Shown here: piece after piece, positions 48,204 through 59,223 of the stretch | How positions within the stretch are numbered: the stretch's first letter is position 1 | Layout: every line of letters begins with the position of its first letter | Origin: Candidatus Bathyarchaeia archaeon | GTDB lineage: Archaea; Thermoproteota; Bathyarchaeia; 40CM-2-53-6 | Reading direction: 5' to 3' | Assembly (NCBI GenBank): GCA_049513715.1 | Contig: JBEKVV010000006.1 | Span: 46,582-110,581, forward strand | Length of the DNA: 64,000 nt | Translations under genes and position numbers: made by a program | The notes under the pieces: generated by a model | Database searches by the model: none | The model's input: the letters and a program-made list of their open reading frames with translations, nothing else | What the model was told of the DNA's origin: nothing

Positions 48204-49073
48204 ATGTTTCCATCGAAGGGTATCGGGGCACTGTTAGTTGCGTCGGTTTCTTTCGGCTCCAGCGCAATTTTGGTCAGGTTCGCAACCGAGGCATCAACAG
48301 TCTCGTTGACGTTCTTTCGGCTTTCGATTGCAGCTTTCGCCATGATTCTCCTTGCCCTTTCCAGTCGCAGCCTAAGGCGTCTAGATAGGCACGACTTAAT
48401 GCTTGTCGCTGTTGCGGGCGCGTTTCTCAGCCTGCATTTCGCTACGTTCATTTTAGCGGTTAAGGAGACCACCGTGGCTAACGCGACTTTTCTCGTGAAC
48501 ACGGGCCCTGTAATGCTGGCAATTCTCTCCCCGATCGTAATCAAAGAACGGACAACTTCACGGGAAGTGGTTGGGGTAGTCGTCGCGACTTTAGGAGTTC
48601 TGTTGATTGCTTATGCGGGGAACGGTTTCCGCACATTCGGGTTAGGCGATATTTCTGCAATCGCGGCGGCCTTCTTGGTTGCTGTGTACTCGCTTGTTGG
48701 CCGGCACCTACGCACAGGTGGTGTGAGCACCCAGTGTTACACATCCTATGTTTACGCCGCTGCGACTCTAGTATCACTAGCCATGACTCAACTCCTAGGC
48801 GGTGGCACGTTCAGGTCTTACAATACGGTCAACATAGTCGCGATATTGGGTCTCGGAATCGTACCTACCTTAGTTGGGCATTCACTCTACAACTACTCCC
48901 TTGGTTCGGTGAAGGTTGTTACTGCAAATCTCTTCCCGCTCCTCGAGCCCATCATAGCTTCTATTCTGGCTGTTTTGTTATTCAGCGAAATTCCAACTCT
49001 CGCGCAGATCGGTGGATATTCACTAGTCCTAGTATCGGTCGCGATAGTTGTCACCAGCCTACAGAAAGGATGA
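48204..49073 (+). CDS. DMT/EamA transporter
   Basis: About 10 TM segments, FFR, TTVANA, IKER, GHSLYN, LEP. Confidence 0.88.
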   Translation: MFPSKGIGALLVASVSFGSSAILVRFATEASTVSLTFFRLSIAAFAMILLALSSRSLRRLDRHDLMLVAVAGAFLSLHFATFILAVKETTVANATFLVNTGPVMLAILSPIVIKERTTSREVVGVVVATLGVLLIAYAGNGFRTFGLGDISAIAAAFLVAVYSLVGRHLRTGGVSTQCYTSYVYAAATLVSLAMTQLLGGGTFRSYNTVNIVAILGLGIVPTLVGHSLYNYSLGSVKVVTANLFPLLEPIIASILAVLLFSEIPTLAQIGGYSLVLVSVAIVVTSLQKG

Positions 49074-49326
49074 TCATCGGGAATTCACCTTTACAACTCT
49101 GGAATTCGCGACAACGAAAATTCATTCTATCACCGAAAAGGGTGCTGCGCTTAATTGGGGCACTTGAGAATTGGCGTTTGCTGAGTGGGTGTTGATGTTC
49201 CGCTAACCATGACAGGCGAACCACTTGTTGGCGCAGTTTGGTGGGTAAAGCAACCTTTCAAAAGCAACCGTTCTGTACAACTTGGATGGGACAACACAGA
49301 CGCTGTGCGCAACCAAGGTGAGGATT

Positions 49327-50613
49327 ATGCTTGAGATGAAGTTCGTTCGCGAAAACCCAGGTGCCGTAAGGGAGAACCTGGAACGCAGGGGCAACCCTGA
49401 ACAGGTTGCTTGGGTAGACAGACTACTTGAGAATGACAAGAATTGGCGGAGCCTCCGCACCCAAGCAGACAACCTTCGAAGCAAGAGAAACAAGCTCACC
49501 GAGGAAATCGCCAAGCTACGCAGACAAAAGACCGATACTGCGGAACTCGTCAAACAAGCTGAACAAATACCTGACCAAATCAAAGCAATTGAAAATCAGA
49601 CCCAAGAGATTGAAGGTCAGATCACGACTACGCTGATGCAGTTACCAAACATCATACACGAAAGTGTTCCTATTGGAAAGGATGAGAGCGATAACGTGGA
49701 AGTGAAGAGATGGGGTGAGCCTCCAAGATTCGATTTCACACCGAAAGACCATATTGACCTAGCCGCCAAGCTCGGCCTAGTCGATTTGGAACGCGCAGCG
49801 AAAGTCGCCGGTGCTAGGTTCTACTACTTAAGGGGCGATTTGGTGAAGCTCAATTACTCCCTGATCAAGTTCGCATTGGACTTCATAGATTTGAAAGGTT
49901 TCAGGTTGATTCAGCCCCCATACATGATGCGGCGCGACGCGATTGGGGGCGCAGTCGCCCTAACTGACTTCGAGGACGTGATCTACAAGATCGAAGGTGA
50001 AGACCTCTACCTTCTCGCCACAGCGGAGCATGGGTTGCTGGCCCAGCACATGGACGAAATACTTGACGGAAAATCGCTTCCGCTTAGGTACGCTGGCGTT
50101 AGTCCATGCTTCCGAAAAGAGGCTGGCGCGCACGGGCGGGATACTAAGGGGATCTTCAGGATTCACCAATTCGAGAAGGTTGAGCAGTTCGTTTTCTGTA
50201 AACCCGAAGATTCTTGGCAAGAGCACGAGAAGCTCATCGCGAATGCTGAACAACTTTTCCAGGAATTGAAGATCCCGTATCGGGTTGTGAACGTTTGCAC
50301 AGGGGATCTTGGGACGGTTGCGGCTAAGAAGTACGATCTTGAGGCTTGGCTTCCGGGGCAGGGTAAGTACCGGGAGGTTGTTTCTTGCAGCAACTGTACC
50401 TCATATCAAGCAGTACGCTCCAAGATTAGGTTCCGAGATAGGCCTGATGAACCAACCAAATGGGTTCACACTCTGAACAGCACATTGATTGCCACAGAAA
50501 GAGCCTTAGTCGCGATTATGGAGAACTATCAAACAAAAGACGGCTCAATCACAATACCTGAGACGCTTCAAGTGTACATGGGCGGGGCCACTAGAATCGA
50601 GCCTGCAACGTAA
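49327..50613 (+). CDS. serS: Seryl-tRNA synthetase
   Basis: N-terminal coiled coil, LATAE, FRKEAGAHGRDTKGIFRIHQFEKVE, EVVSCSNCT, TLNST..TER. Confidence 0.96.
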   Translation: MLEMKFVRENPGAVRENLERRGNPEQVAWVDRLLENDKNWRSLRTQADNLRSKRNKLTEEIAKLRRQKTDTAELVKQAEQIPDQIKAIENQTQEIEGQITTTLMQLPNIIHESVPIGKDESDNVEVKRWGEPPRFDFTPKDHIDLAAKLGLVDLERAAKVAGARFYYLRGDLVKLNYSLIKFALDFIDLKGFRLIQPPYMMRRDAIGGAVALTDFEDVIYKIEGEDLYLLATAEHGLLAQHMDEILDGKSLPLRYAGVSPCFRKEAGAHGRDTKGIFRIHQFEKVEQFVFCKPEDSWQEHEKLIANAEQLFQELKIPYRVVNVCTGDLGTVAAKKYDLEAWLPGQGKYREVVSCSNCTSYQAVRSKIRFRDRPDEPTKWVHTLNSTLIATERALVAIMENYQTKDGSITIPETLQVYMGGATRIEPAT

Positions 50614-50660
50614 CAGTAAATGGTATATTCACAGTAACTCTACGACTGAACGAAGACATA

Positions 50661-51860
50661 ATGAGAAACCCCTCGCGGCGCCTAGAAAACGCTCACATGT
50701 CTCCAATCCGTAAAGTTGCCGGGCTGCTTGATGAGGCCCGCGAACGCGGCGACATGATTTCTTTCGGCGGAGGCGCCCCAAGCGTTCCGCCCCCACAACC
50801 ATTTCTTGACGAATGCATACGCCTACTCAAGAAAAACCCGTTAAGAAGTTGCGGCTACACCGGGACACGTGGTATTCCACAACTCCGCGAGGCCATCGCG
50901 GAAGATGCGAAGAAATATGGGCGAGTTGACTTTGACCCATCTACTGAAATCATTCTGACTTCTGGAGCGACTGAGGCAATCTTCAACGTGCTCATGTCTC
51001 ATGTTGATTCCGGCGACGAGGTCGTATTAACCGACCCGACTTACCTCGGCTATCGCGAGATAATTCAACTGGCTCAAGGCAAACCCACTTGGCTTCCTGT
51101 CACTGTAGAAGAAGGCTACCAGCCCAGCGCTGAGGGGCTCAAGGAGATTGTCACTAAGAAGACGAAGGCTGTGATGGTCTTGTCTCCTGACAATCCTACC
51201 GGGAGGATATTGAATGAAGGTTTCGTCAAGGCACTCGTAGATCTCGCACAAGACTATGACTTCTGGATCATAAGCGACGACATCTACAAACACATCATCT
51301 ATGAGGGCGAGCACGTCTGGATTAGTCGATTTCCACGCGCGAAAGAGCGTACCATCACGGTTTGCAGTTTCTCCAAGGAAGCCGGTATCCCTGGATTGAG
51401 GCTCGGTTACACATTGGCTCCTGCTCAGATCATAGAGTCCATGGAGAAGATGCAACAATACAGCACATTAGCCCCTGAAAGCTTAGGGCAATTTGCCCTC
51501 GTGAAATTCCTGAAAGAAAACATGAAAGAACCGTACATGAATACAGTCATACCATACTACGCAAAGAAACGAGACTTCATGGGGAAAATGCTGCAGGAGC
51601 ATCTGCCACTAGCCAAAACAGTCAGACCGCAAGGAGCCTTCTACTACTTCGTCGACATCCGGCCATACCTTACCAAGATGCACATGAATGAAGAGGAATT
51701 CGCCGCGCGGCTACTGAAGGAAACTCGGGTCGCTGTCATACCGGGTCGATTCTTCGGCGACAACGGAGCCGGACATGTCCGGCTTACTTTTGTCAGTGAG
51801 CCAGAGGAAAAAATAGAGGCAGGCATGAGAAAGTTGTCCGAGTTCACCGCACGAGTATGA
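50661..51860 (+). CDS. Class I/II PLP-dependent aminotransferase
   Basis: TSGATEA, PDNPTG, SDDIY, SFSKEAGIPGLRLG, GAFY. Confidence 0.9.
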   Translation: MRNPSRRLENAHMSPIRKVAGLLDEARERGDMISFGGGAPSVPPPQPFLDECIRLLKKNPLRSCGYTGTRGIPQLREAIAEDAKKYGRVDFDPSTEIILTSGATEAIFNVLMSHVDSGDEVVLTDPTYLGYREIIQLAQGKPTWLPVTVEEGYQPSAEGLKEIVTKKTKAVMVLSPDNPTGRILNEGFVKALVDLAQDYDFWIISDDIYKHIIYEGEHVWISRFPRAKERTITVCSFSKEAGIPGLRLGYTLAPAQIIESMEKMQQYSTLAPESLGQFALVKFLKENMKEPYMNTVIPYYAKKRDFMGKMLQEHLPLAKTVRPQGAFYYFVDIRPYLTKMHMNEEEFAARLLKETRVAVIPGRFFGDNGAGHVRLTFVSEPEEKIEAGMRKLSEFTARV

Positions 51861-51948
51861 CCATGGTCAAGCGCTTGGGGAGTTATCGGACTGTAGCAGT
51901 ACAGTTCGCGGGGATTGCTTAGTGAGCTGAATTCTGGTAGGTTGGGAG

Positions 51949-52650
51949 TTAAGCGCCTTGCTGCATTTTCGAAAGATAGCTCTTGACTCCAGGCCACCCC
52001 CTATCAGTCTTGGATCTTACGACAGCGAAGGCATCTTTTCCATTGAGAGTTCTCGGTTCTTCTCCTGTTACCTCTCGGATCATGAACCGCGCTGCGCTGA
52101 GCACGTCGCCGTTGAGTTTGGCTTCGCTGTCGTCCGCAATATGGCATATCAATGCCTCAATAGTCATAGGTCCAATTGGCCCGAACTCGCGGCCGTGGCT
52201 GGCAGCCACAACGTGAACAGCGTCTAAAGGAAAGCCGCGCCGAATCAACTCGGCACTCGCCAACGTCAAGTGGTCGAGGCGCTCAGCAAGAAGAGAGCGC
52301 CGGTATCCACTCCCATCTCGCTCAGCGTACGTGGCGGGTTTGAATATGTCGTGTAGCAGAACGCCGCAAATCACCAAATCCTTGTCCACCCTACATTTGT
52401 AGATCGTCTGGACAATTCGTGACAGGGCCATACTGAGTTGGAATAGGGCCATGGTGTGCTCGATGAATCCGCCTGGATAGTTGTGATGGTGCCCGATGCT
52501 CGCAGGCGATCTGTTAAGTGGGATTCCGGAAAAGGTTTTACCGCCGATCTTAGTGGAGGGATGGGCTAGTAGTTCGTACACTTTCTGGCGCAGTTTCTTG
52601 TCTTGGATTTTGTTGACTATTTTCAGTAGGCGTTTGTCCAAAGAAATCAA
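51949..52650 (-). CDS. HD-domain phosphohydrolase (YhaM-like)
   Basis: PASIGHHHNYPGGFIEHT, LLHDIFK, ASHG, EALICHIAD. Confidence 0.82.
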   Translation of the reverse strand: MISLDKRLLKIVNKIQDKKLRQKVYELLAHPSTKIGGKTFSGIPLNRSPASIGHHHNYPGGFIEHTMALFQLSMALSRIVQTIYKCRVDKDLVICGVLLHDIFKPATYAERDGSGYRRSLLAERLDHLTLASAELIRRGFPLDAVHVVAASHGREFGPIGPMTIEALICHIADDSEAKLNGDVLSAARFMIREVTGEEPRTLNGKDAFAVVRSKTDRGWPGVKSYLSKMQQGA

Positions 52651-52802
52651 AGCGTCAGTTGCTGCTTTGGCAAATAAAGTTGAGCAAAGGCTCAGCAAGC
52701 GTCATCGCTGTGGCATTGAACGGTTGAGTGGTTGCTTCTGTAATCATCTGAGGTGATCGCTTCGCTCCCAAGAAGACATGGGGAAGATATGATGGGGGCT
52801 TT

Positions 52803-55800
52803 TCAGGAGCAGGCGCCCCATCTGCACTCGGGGCAGATGTAGCATCCTTCCTGAAAGACTACAGTGGTTTGGCACTGTGGACAAAGTTTCAGCTGCTCAG
52901 TTTCCCCATGAGACCCACCCACTAGTGGGACTGTCACAAGTTGAAGAGTTCGAACAGTGTTTTCTCCTTCTGAGTTGTGAGACTCGCTGTTCCCTTCTTG
53001 TTTCTTGCGGGGGGAAACTAGTACCTGTTCTTTGATAGAAGTGTCTCTGAACACAGTCACGTCCTTGCAGCCCAGTTTGTATGCGAGTAAGTAAGAATCA
53101 CGCATGTCCTCTATCGTAGCGTTTGCGGGGAAGTTGTTCGTTTTTGAGATTGATGAATCGGTCCATTTCTGGAATCCTGCTAGTGCCCGTATGTGGTCCT
53201 CGGGGCGGATGTCCATGGCCGTGATGTAGATTCGTTTCAGGTCTTCTGGTATGTAGCTTATCTTCTGAATAGACCCACCGTGCTCGTTAACGTCCCTGAG
53301 CAGATCATCGCCGAAGAGTCCTTCCTCTGTCATGACGCGTTCGAAGACGGGATCTATGTAGTAGAAGCTTCCAACCTTCACATGTTTCTCGTAGACCATG
53401 GAGTAAACGGGTTCCATTCCGCTACTGCAGCCGGCTATCATGGATATGCTGCCGGTCGGCGCGATTACCGTCGTGTAGCCATTGCGTATACCATGTTTCT
53501 TGATCTTTTCCGCTATCTTGTCCCATTCGAAATGCCAAGATTTCTTGTCATAGAACCCGGCAAATGGAAGTTTCCCTTCTGGGTAGAAGCTCTTGTCGTA
53601 GTATAGTAGTGGGCCGCGTTCCCTAGCCATCTCAACGGAAGCTATTTTTGAGTGATAGTTGATGAATTCCATGAGTTCCTCCATGAGTTTCCTGCCTTCG
53701 TCACTGTTGTAAGGCGAACGCAATTCTAGGAGCAAGTCGGCAAGGCCCATTACGCCCAATCCGATTTTTCGGGTTGCGAGTGTCATCTCCTCTATTGCTT
53801 TGAGTGGGAAGTTGTTGACGTCGATGACATTGTCAAGGAATCTAGATGCTAAGTAGACCGCTTCGCGTAGTCCGTCCCAATCGTATGTGACTTTGCCGTT
53901 CTCATCGCGTTTCACAAACGCCCATACATTGATGCTGCCTAGGTTGCAGGATTCGTTCGGGTAGAGGAGGACTTCGCCGCACGGGTTCGTTGTGACTATT
54001 GGGCCGAGGTGTTTGTAGAATGGGTTGTGCTCGTTCACGTGGTCGAAGAAGATCACACCAGGCTCGGCGCTTTCCCAGGCTTGGTATACAATCATGTCGA
54101 ACAGGAGGCGCGGGTTGACTTGACGAACTACCTGCCCTGTTCGAGGATTGATGAGTGGGTAAGGTTTGTTGTTCTTGAAGCTGTCCCAGAATTCAGGCAT
54201 TATGAGGACTGAGATGTTGAAGTTACGTAGCGCCTTGTTCCCTTTCTTCGCCGTTACGAATTTCTCAATGTCTGGGTGGTTACTATTGTGGACGAATACG
54301 CCGTTGGCAACGAAGTTCGGCCAGTCTGGCATTACAATGTCAAACACTTCATGGATTCCATCAAGTGGCTCCACGCTGACGACCTTGTGGTTTGGTCGGG
54401 AGAACTGGTTGCCGAACCCGTCCTCATAATGTCGCTTGTAGTCTTCGCCCGTGAGTCCGCTGTTCCACGGTGTGCGGCGTTTGGCGGCATCGCTCATTCT
54501 CATCCTCCATTCTCTGGCTTTTTCTGCTCCATAGACGGCTTCCAGAGTCTTGCCCTTTCTCCTAGAGGCGATCTCCTCTTGCAGCTGCGCCAGGTTATCG
54601 GCGTGGATTTTGCCGTGCTCCGAAACCGTCACGATTTTCAGGTTTTCGGGGTTGTTGTTCAGAGAGTTTCCGTCGAGGTGGTGGACGCAGAGGTTGCCAG
54701 GTTTCCTTCTCTTTCCGTTTTGAGAGATCAGTTTGCCCGTGAAGCATTCGGCGGCGACTATGTGCTCTGGCACAAGATCGCTGCGCGTCGAACCTACGAA
54801 GTATTTTTCGTTCAGGATTTTCTTGTGGAAAGCGGTTACGCTATCGAGTTGGTGTAGTTCCTTTGCCTCGACGTATTTTCCGTTGGACATCATGATTCTG
54901 TGATTCGGGGTGCAGTCTATGTGTGTGTCGTCGTCGAAGTGGACTCTGACAAGTTTCTGTTCGCCGCTTTTAGCTATGAGCTCCGCCTGTCTTATCCTAA
55001 CCTCGCCTTTATCGTTCAGACAATACAAATATGGCTTTTGACCGACAAGATCCCTAATCATGAAGCGGCCGTTTAGGGTCGAAACCACAATTTCCCCGGA
55101 CAGGCAGTTCAGAATCCCCATGTTGGCTCCTCTTCGTATCCCTCCTTGTTTGATGACGTCGGTCATCGTGTCGAATAGCATCATGAAACTGATTGGACCG
55201 GATGCAACTCCTGAGGTGGAGCTTACGTAGTCGCCTTCGGGCCTGAGGTGCGAGAAGTTGTAACCCATTCCCCCTCCAGCCTTGAAGACGACGGCGGTTT
55301 GCTTCAGAGTCTCCATGATGCTTTCGATGGAATCATCAACGCCTAACACGAAGCACGCTGAGCCCATCCCGAGAACGTTTCCGAAGTTGGCAATGGCTGG
55401 TGTATTCGGCATGAATTTGCGGGAGACCATTATGTCATAGAAAGATTGGATTCTTTGCTCGTACTTGCTGAAATAACCTGTCTTGAGTAATTCGAAGAAT
55501 CGGGACCACGAGGTCTTCATCGTGTGGTCGCGGTTGAAGCGGTCATACATGCGCTTCAAGGCTTCAAGGTGGTACCGGTTCAGCGCATACTGGCCAACGG
55601 TGACCTTTCCATCATTTTGAATCGGGTCGAAGTTCTCGGAATCGTGAGCTTCCTGTTTCTTGCTTACGTCGAAAACCTCATCGTCGTAGAGGAGATCTGG
55701 AAGGGATCCATGGACTGCGATTCTTGTAAACAGCTGTTTGGGTGTCTCGGTTAGTTTGCCCGTTTCATCCTTCTTCAGGTATCTTGCCTTGAGCACCCGC

Positions 55801-56204
55801 AGTGCATTTAGGTCGAATGCTTTATCGACCTCATCAATTGATTCCTTCTCGAGCACCCGCTGTTTCTCGAGCCTGATCTCAGCTCTCTTCTGTCGGTAGA
55901 TGATGTAATCCTTTGCCACTTTCGCATGGCCGTTTTCAACTAGCACCCTCTCAACAACGTCCTGAACATCTTCGACGGCAGGAATCGCTTCGGACCCGTA
56001 CTTCTCGTCAAGTAGCTCGACGACGCGAGTTGATAATGATTCGGCTAGTGAGCGGTCTCTTCCACCGGTTGCGAGTACAGCGCGGTAAATTGCGCTTGTG
56101 ATTTTTTCATTGTTGAATGGGACGATACGCCCATCCCTCTTTCGTATCTGAGTAATTCTCAAGGCCAAGGGATCCTTCTTCGATGTTAGAGCGCGGTCTG
56201 CCAA
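52803..56204 (-). CDS. nrdJ: Class II (B12-dependent) ribonucleotide reductase with ATP-cone and intein
   Basis: [14 protein letters not shown]-cone, [31 protein letters not shown]-terminal [17 protein letters not shown] 56204 likely start. Confidence 0.93.
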   Translation of the reverse strand: MADRALTSKKDPLALRITQIRKRDGRIVPFNNEKITSAIYRAVLATGGRDRSLAESLSTRVVELLDEKYGSEAIPAVEDVQDVVERVLVENGHAKVAKDYIIYRQKRAEIRLEKQRVLEKESIDEVDKAFDLNALRVLKARYLKKDETGKLTETPKQLFTRIAVHGSLPDLLYDDEVFDVSKKQEAHDSENFDPIQNDGKVTVGQYALNRYHLEALKRMYDRFNRDHTMKTSWSRFFELLKTGYFSKYEQRIQSFYDIMVSRKFMPNTPAIANFGNVLGMGSACFVLGVDDSIESIMETLKQTAVVFKAGGGMGYNFSHLRPEGDYVSSTSGVASGPISFMMLFDTMTDVIKQGGIRRGANMGILNCLSGEIVVSTLNGRFMIRDLVGQKPYLYCLNDKGEVRIRQAELIAKSGEQKLVRVHFDDDTHIDCTPNHRIMMSNGKYVEAKELHQLDSVTAFHKKILNEKYFVGSTRSDLVPEHIVAAECFTGKLISQNGKRRKPGNLCVHHLDGNSLNNNPENLKIVTVSEHGKIHADNLAQLQEEIASRRKGKTLEAVYGAEKAREWRMRMSDAAKRRTPWNSGLTGEDYKRHYEDGFGNQFSRPNHKVVSVEPLDGIHEVFDIVMPDWPNFVANGVFVHNSNHPDIEKFVTAKKGNKALRNFNISVLIMPEFWDSFKNNKPYPLINPRTGQVVRQVNPRLLFDMIVYQAWESAEPGVIFFDHVNEHNPFYKHLGPIVTTNPCGEVLLYPNESCNLGSINVWAFVKRDENGKVTYDWDGLREAVYLASRFLDNVIDVNNFPLKAIEEMTLATRKIGLGVMGLADLLLELRSPYNSDEGRKLMEELMEFINYHSKIASVEMARERGPLLYYDKSFYPEGKLPFAGFYDKKSWHFEWDKIAEKIKKHGIRNGYTTVIAPTGSISMIAGCSSGMEPVYSMVYEKHVKVGSFYYIDPVFERVMTEEGLFGDDLLRDVNEHGGSIQKISYIPEDLKRIYITAMDIRPEDHIRALAGFQKWTDSSISKTNNFPANATIEDMRDSYLLAYKLGCKDVTVFRDTSIKEQVLVSPRKKQEGNSESHNSEGENTVRTLQLVTVPLVGGSHGETEQLKLCPQCQTTVVFQEGCYICPECRWGACS
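54285..55106 (-). mobile_element. 274-aa intein with HNH homing endonuclease
   Basis: [36 protein letters not shown]; internal [19 protein letters not shown] and NUMOD3-like [13 protein letters not shown]. Confidence 0.92.
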
Positions 56205-56513
56205 TTTGATTCTTGCTCCCCAAAAGGTTAGAAAACAAACTAGTTCAGTTATGCACTTTAATAGTTTTCGACAGAATTGTATAAAATATTGTATTGCCTT
56301 GGACGGAAAATGCGTCGCCATGGTCAAAGACCTTGGCTAGACCTACTGGAAAGTGAGTAGTTTTCCATCCCAAGCCATGAACATTCCGAGAAGACTTTTG
56401 CTGATTATACGGACTGCGATAGAGGAACGGCCTAGATTTTTCGAATCGTTTTCTCATGTTGTCGGTCTTAGCAGGTCGAAGATTGGGGAAGTTCATTTGC
56501 GTGGTCAACCGCT

Positions 56514-57263
56514 TCATCTCGAGACGTTTGTGTACGTAAGTGGGTCTGGGACACCTACGTCGTGAAACGCTTTCTGCCTGGTGCGGCATCCCCGACACTT
56601 TCCGCAGGGAGTTGAAGCGTCTCCATAGCAACTCCACGTTAATTCCAGTGGAACGTTCAACTTCAAAGCTAGCCGCAATACGTTGTTCTTGTTGTATCCC
56701 ATTAGTGGGTTCACGATATCGATCGTGCCGCCCTCGTGGCCGGTTTTGGTTCCGATTCTGAGCAACTCATTCATGAGTCGAACGAACTCGGGCCGGGCGT
56801 CTGGCAACTCCTTCGCATCGTCCGAGTTGGAGCCAAAAACGACTCTGTCAGCGCCGAGAGTTTCAGCGTATGCCGCTGCAATGCCATAGAAGACTATGTT
56901 GCGTGCTGGGATGTAGGCTGGGCTGATCTCGGTGGAAGGCGAGGGATGATACCGTTTCTCAAGATCCTTGTAGAAGGGGAGGTAGATGCCCAAGTGTTCT
57001 CTGACTTGGGCCGCAGCCGCCAAGCGCTTTGAAGCTTCGGCCTCGCTGTCATGGGCCTCCGTGTAGATCATGTTCAATGTGTAGATTTCGTCTGTTTCTT
57101 GTCTTGTCAAGTAGAGTGCAGTCGCTGAATCTATGCCTCCGGATAGAAGGACGACAGCTCCGTGCAATTGCCCACTCTCGGGCAGAGACGAGGGTTGCTC
57201 GGCATTAAGATGAACGGCGAACACATACCGGGAGACTGAAAAGAGTAAGAATTCTCCGTGCAA
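56514..57263 (-). CDS. queC: 7-cyano-7-deazaguanine synthase
   Basis: LLSGGIDS, YIPARN, PDARPEF, TWSCY..PCGKCRGC; start probably downstream of 57263. Confidence 0.9.
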   Translation of the reverse strand: MHGEFLLFSVSRYVFAVHLNAEQPSSLPESGQLHGAVVLLSGGIDSATALYLTRQETDEIYTLNMIYTEAHDSEAEASKRLAAAAQVREHLGIYLPFYKDLEKRYHPSPSTEISPAYIPARNIVFYGIAAAYAETLGADRVVFGSNSDDAKELPDARPEFVRLMNELLRIGTKTGHEGGTIDIVNPLMGYNKNNVLRLALKLNVPLELTWSCYGDASTPCGKCRGCRTRQKAFHDVGVPDPLTYTNVSR

Positions 57264-57331
57264 CTAGGTGGGTTCCATTGCCCCAAGATCGACTTAGGGA
57301 GGTCTCTGAGTGGAGGCCACCGAGAGCCCGC

Positions 57332-57529
57332 CTAGGGAGAGGGGCGGGTTCTTGGTGCTAGTGTGCTTTTCATGAACGTAGCGATCGAATCTTTTCTGCA
57401 TTGAGGGCAGATCTTCAAGTGATATCGATCGTTGGGGAGTGCCTGGTGGCACCACTCACACCGTTTGATTCTCGGGGTCTCCATCTCAGGGATTTCTTCG
57501 AACAGCAATCTTTCGAGGTCTTCAACCAT
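57332..57529 (-). CDS. Small zinc-ribbon protein
   Basis: CEWC..CPQC. Confidence 0.55.
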   Translation of the reverse strand: MVEDLERLLFEEIPEMETPRIKRCEWCHQALPNDRYHLKICPQCRKDSIATFMKSTLAPRTRPSP

Positions 57530-57702
57530 TTTGATTTCCTTCTTTTTTCTAGCCCATGTTCCAAGTTTGCGTGTGCAAACTAGGCAAGCATGTACTACAG
57601 GTTAAGGGGTGTTAAAAGAATTAACAAGATTTATAAGAAAGCAACGTTAACAGTGTTATCAGGATATCAGATTAAGCACGGTAACTTTGTGAGTTGGCTA
57701 TC

Positions 57703-58113
57703 ATGGCAAACAATGCGGTCTTGATTCGCGGGATGGATCGAGATATCTACAACACAGTGATAGCCAAGGCAAAACAACAAGGAAAGAACGTCGCAGAGCT
57801 CGTAAACGAAGCTCTGCGCCAATACTTGGATGAATCTCCAGGCGAGAACCACGATGTCTTTGACACAAAGAAGCTAGTGATAGCCGGATCCGTACTCCTA
57901 TCCAAGGCAGACATCCTAGGGCTACACAAGGAGCTCGGCAAATTCCACTTGGAGAACAGTGGGGAGCTCACGTTCGACAAGGACGTCGACCAAGAAGCCT
58001 TCCAAAAGATTGAGCACATCCAGAACACAGGTAAGCTCCGGGTACCAACCGATGTCCACCACTTCGCCCTACTGAAGGCAGGGAACATACGCGGAGAAGT
58101 CGAAAAGTACTAG
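57703..58113 (+). CDS. Ribbon-helix-helix DNA-binding protein with extra C-terminal domain
   Basis: VLIRGMDRDIY..KAKQQGKNVAELVNEALRQYL. Confidence 0.7.
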   Translation: MANNAVLIRGMDRDIYNTVIAKAKQQGKNVAELVNEALRQYLDESPGENHDVFDTKKLVIAGSVLLSKADILGLHKELGKFHLENSGELTFDKDVDQEAFQKIEHIQNTGKLRVPTDVHHFALLKAGNIRGEVEKY

Positions 58114-58150
58114 GTCAACGTACCCAAAATTGCTGGGTTTGTAGCCGAAT

Positions 58151-58486
58151 TTATACTGTCTCAACGCCGAACTTTCCAGTCTCCCATAGCTCAATCTTGA
58201 CGGGGGTCTTGAAGAAGTTACTGAGCTGTTCTTGTAACTGCCTTGCCAACTTCTCACAGCTCATATTTCCCATATCCTTGTGGTCGTATTGTTCGTCGAT
58301 GAACTGGTCCACCTTGCGTTTGATGTTTTCGAAATCCAGCCACTCGTCACTGTTTCCATAGACTTTTGCTAGGAGCTGGTAGTTGTGGCCGTGCATGCGG
58401 CCGCACTTGGGATGGCCCTGAATTATGTGGGCAGCAGCGAATTCACGCTTGTAAAGCCGCGCAATGTCTGGCTCGGAGGGTGCCAA
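58151..58486 (-). CDS. queD: 6-carboxy-5,6,7,8-tetrahydropterin synthase
   Basis: FAAAH..KCGRMHGHNY, DF..IK, DH, SCEKLA, ELWET. Confidence 0.88.
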   Translation of the reverse strand: MAPSEPDIARLYKREFAAAHIIQGHPKCGRMHGHNYQLLAKVYGNSDEWLDFENIKRKVDQFIDEQYDHKDMGNMSCEKLARQLQEQLSNFFKTPVKIELWETGKFGVETV

Positions 58487-58492
58487 GTTTGC

Positions 58493-59044
58493 CTACAGCT
58501 CCTTTCGAAGCATCTCGAAGAACTCATTTCGGGTCTCGAATTTCTCGAATTGGCCGCGTATCTCTGAGGTGATTATGTCCGCGCCGCTCTTTACTCCGCG
58601 CATTTCCATGCACAAATGCCTCGCCTGAACAACAACCACAACTCCGTATGGGTGCAAGATGTCATTGAGTGCGTCCGCGATTTGTTTGGTCATGCGTTCC
58701 TGCAGCTGAAGCCTTTTGCTGAAACAATCAACGAGCCGAACAAGCTTAGAAAGCCCCACCACCGCCTTCGAAGGAATATACCCTATGTGCACTTTGCCGT
58801 AAAATGGGAGTAGATGATGTTCACAGAGAGAGAAGAACCCGATTTCTTTGGCCACGACCATACCAGAGACCTCATTCCATTCGCGCGCAAGGATATCTCT
58901 CGGGTTCATCGCGTAGCCCTCTGTAAGTTCAACGTACATGTCTGCCACACGCCTCGGTGTGTCACGGAGGCCTTCGCGTTTCGGATCCTCACCCATCTCC
59001 TCAAGTAAGGACCTTGTCAGATTTTGCATTCTAGCTTTATCCAT
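58493..59044 (-). CDS. folE: GTP cyclohydrolase I (FolE type)
   Basis: REGLRDTPRRV, SLCEHHLLPF, GLSKLVR, QERMT, HLCMEMRG. Confidence 0.95.
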   Translation of the reverse strand: MDKARMQNLTRSLLEEMGEDPKREGLRDTPRRVADMYVELTEGYAMNPRDILAREWNEVSGMVVAKEIGFFSLCEHHLLPFYGKVHIGYIPSKAVVGLSKLVRLVDCFSKRLQLQERMTKQIADALNDILHPYGVVVVVQARHLCMEMRGVKSGADIITSEIRGQFEKFETRNEFFEMLRKEL

Positions 59045-59223
59045 AAGTTTCGCATCCGACTTGATACATTACTACGGGCCTGCCAAGATCGGCGAGCGAG
59101 CAACCGCTATCTGCGGTTTGGAATTAAGCCTTACGTTCGTTTGCGGGTCGCAGAGTGGCATCTGAGCCCTGTCGACTGAGGATAAGGGCAATTGAGCGAG
59201 ATGAGAGCAGGAGTGGGCAGGGA

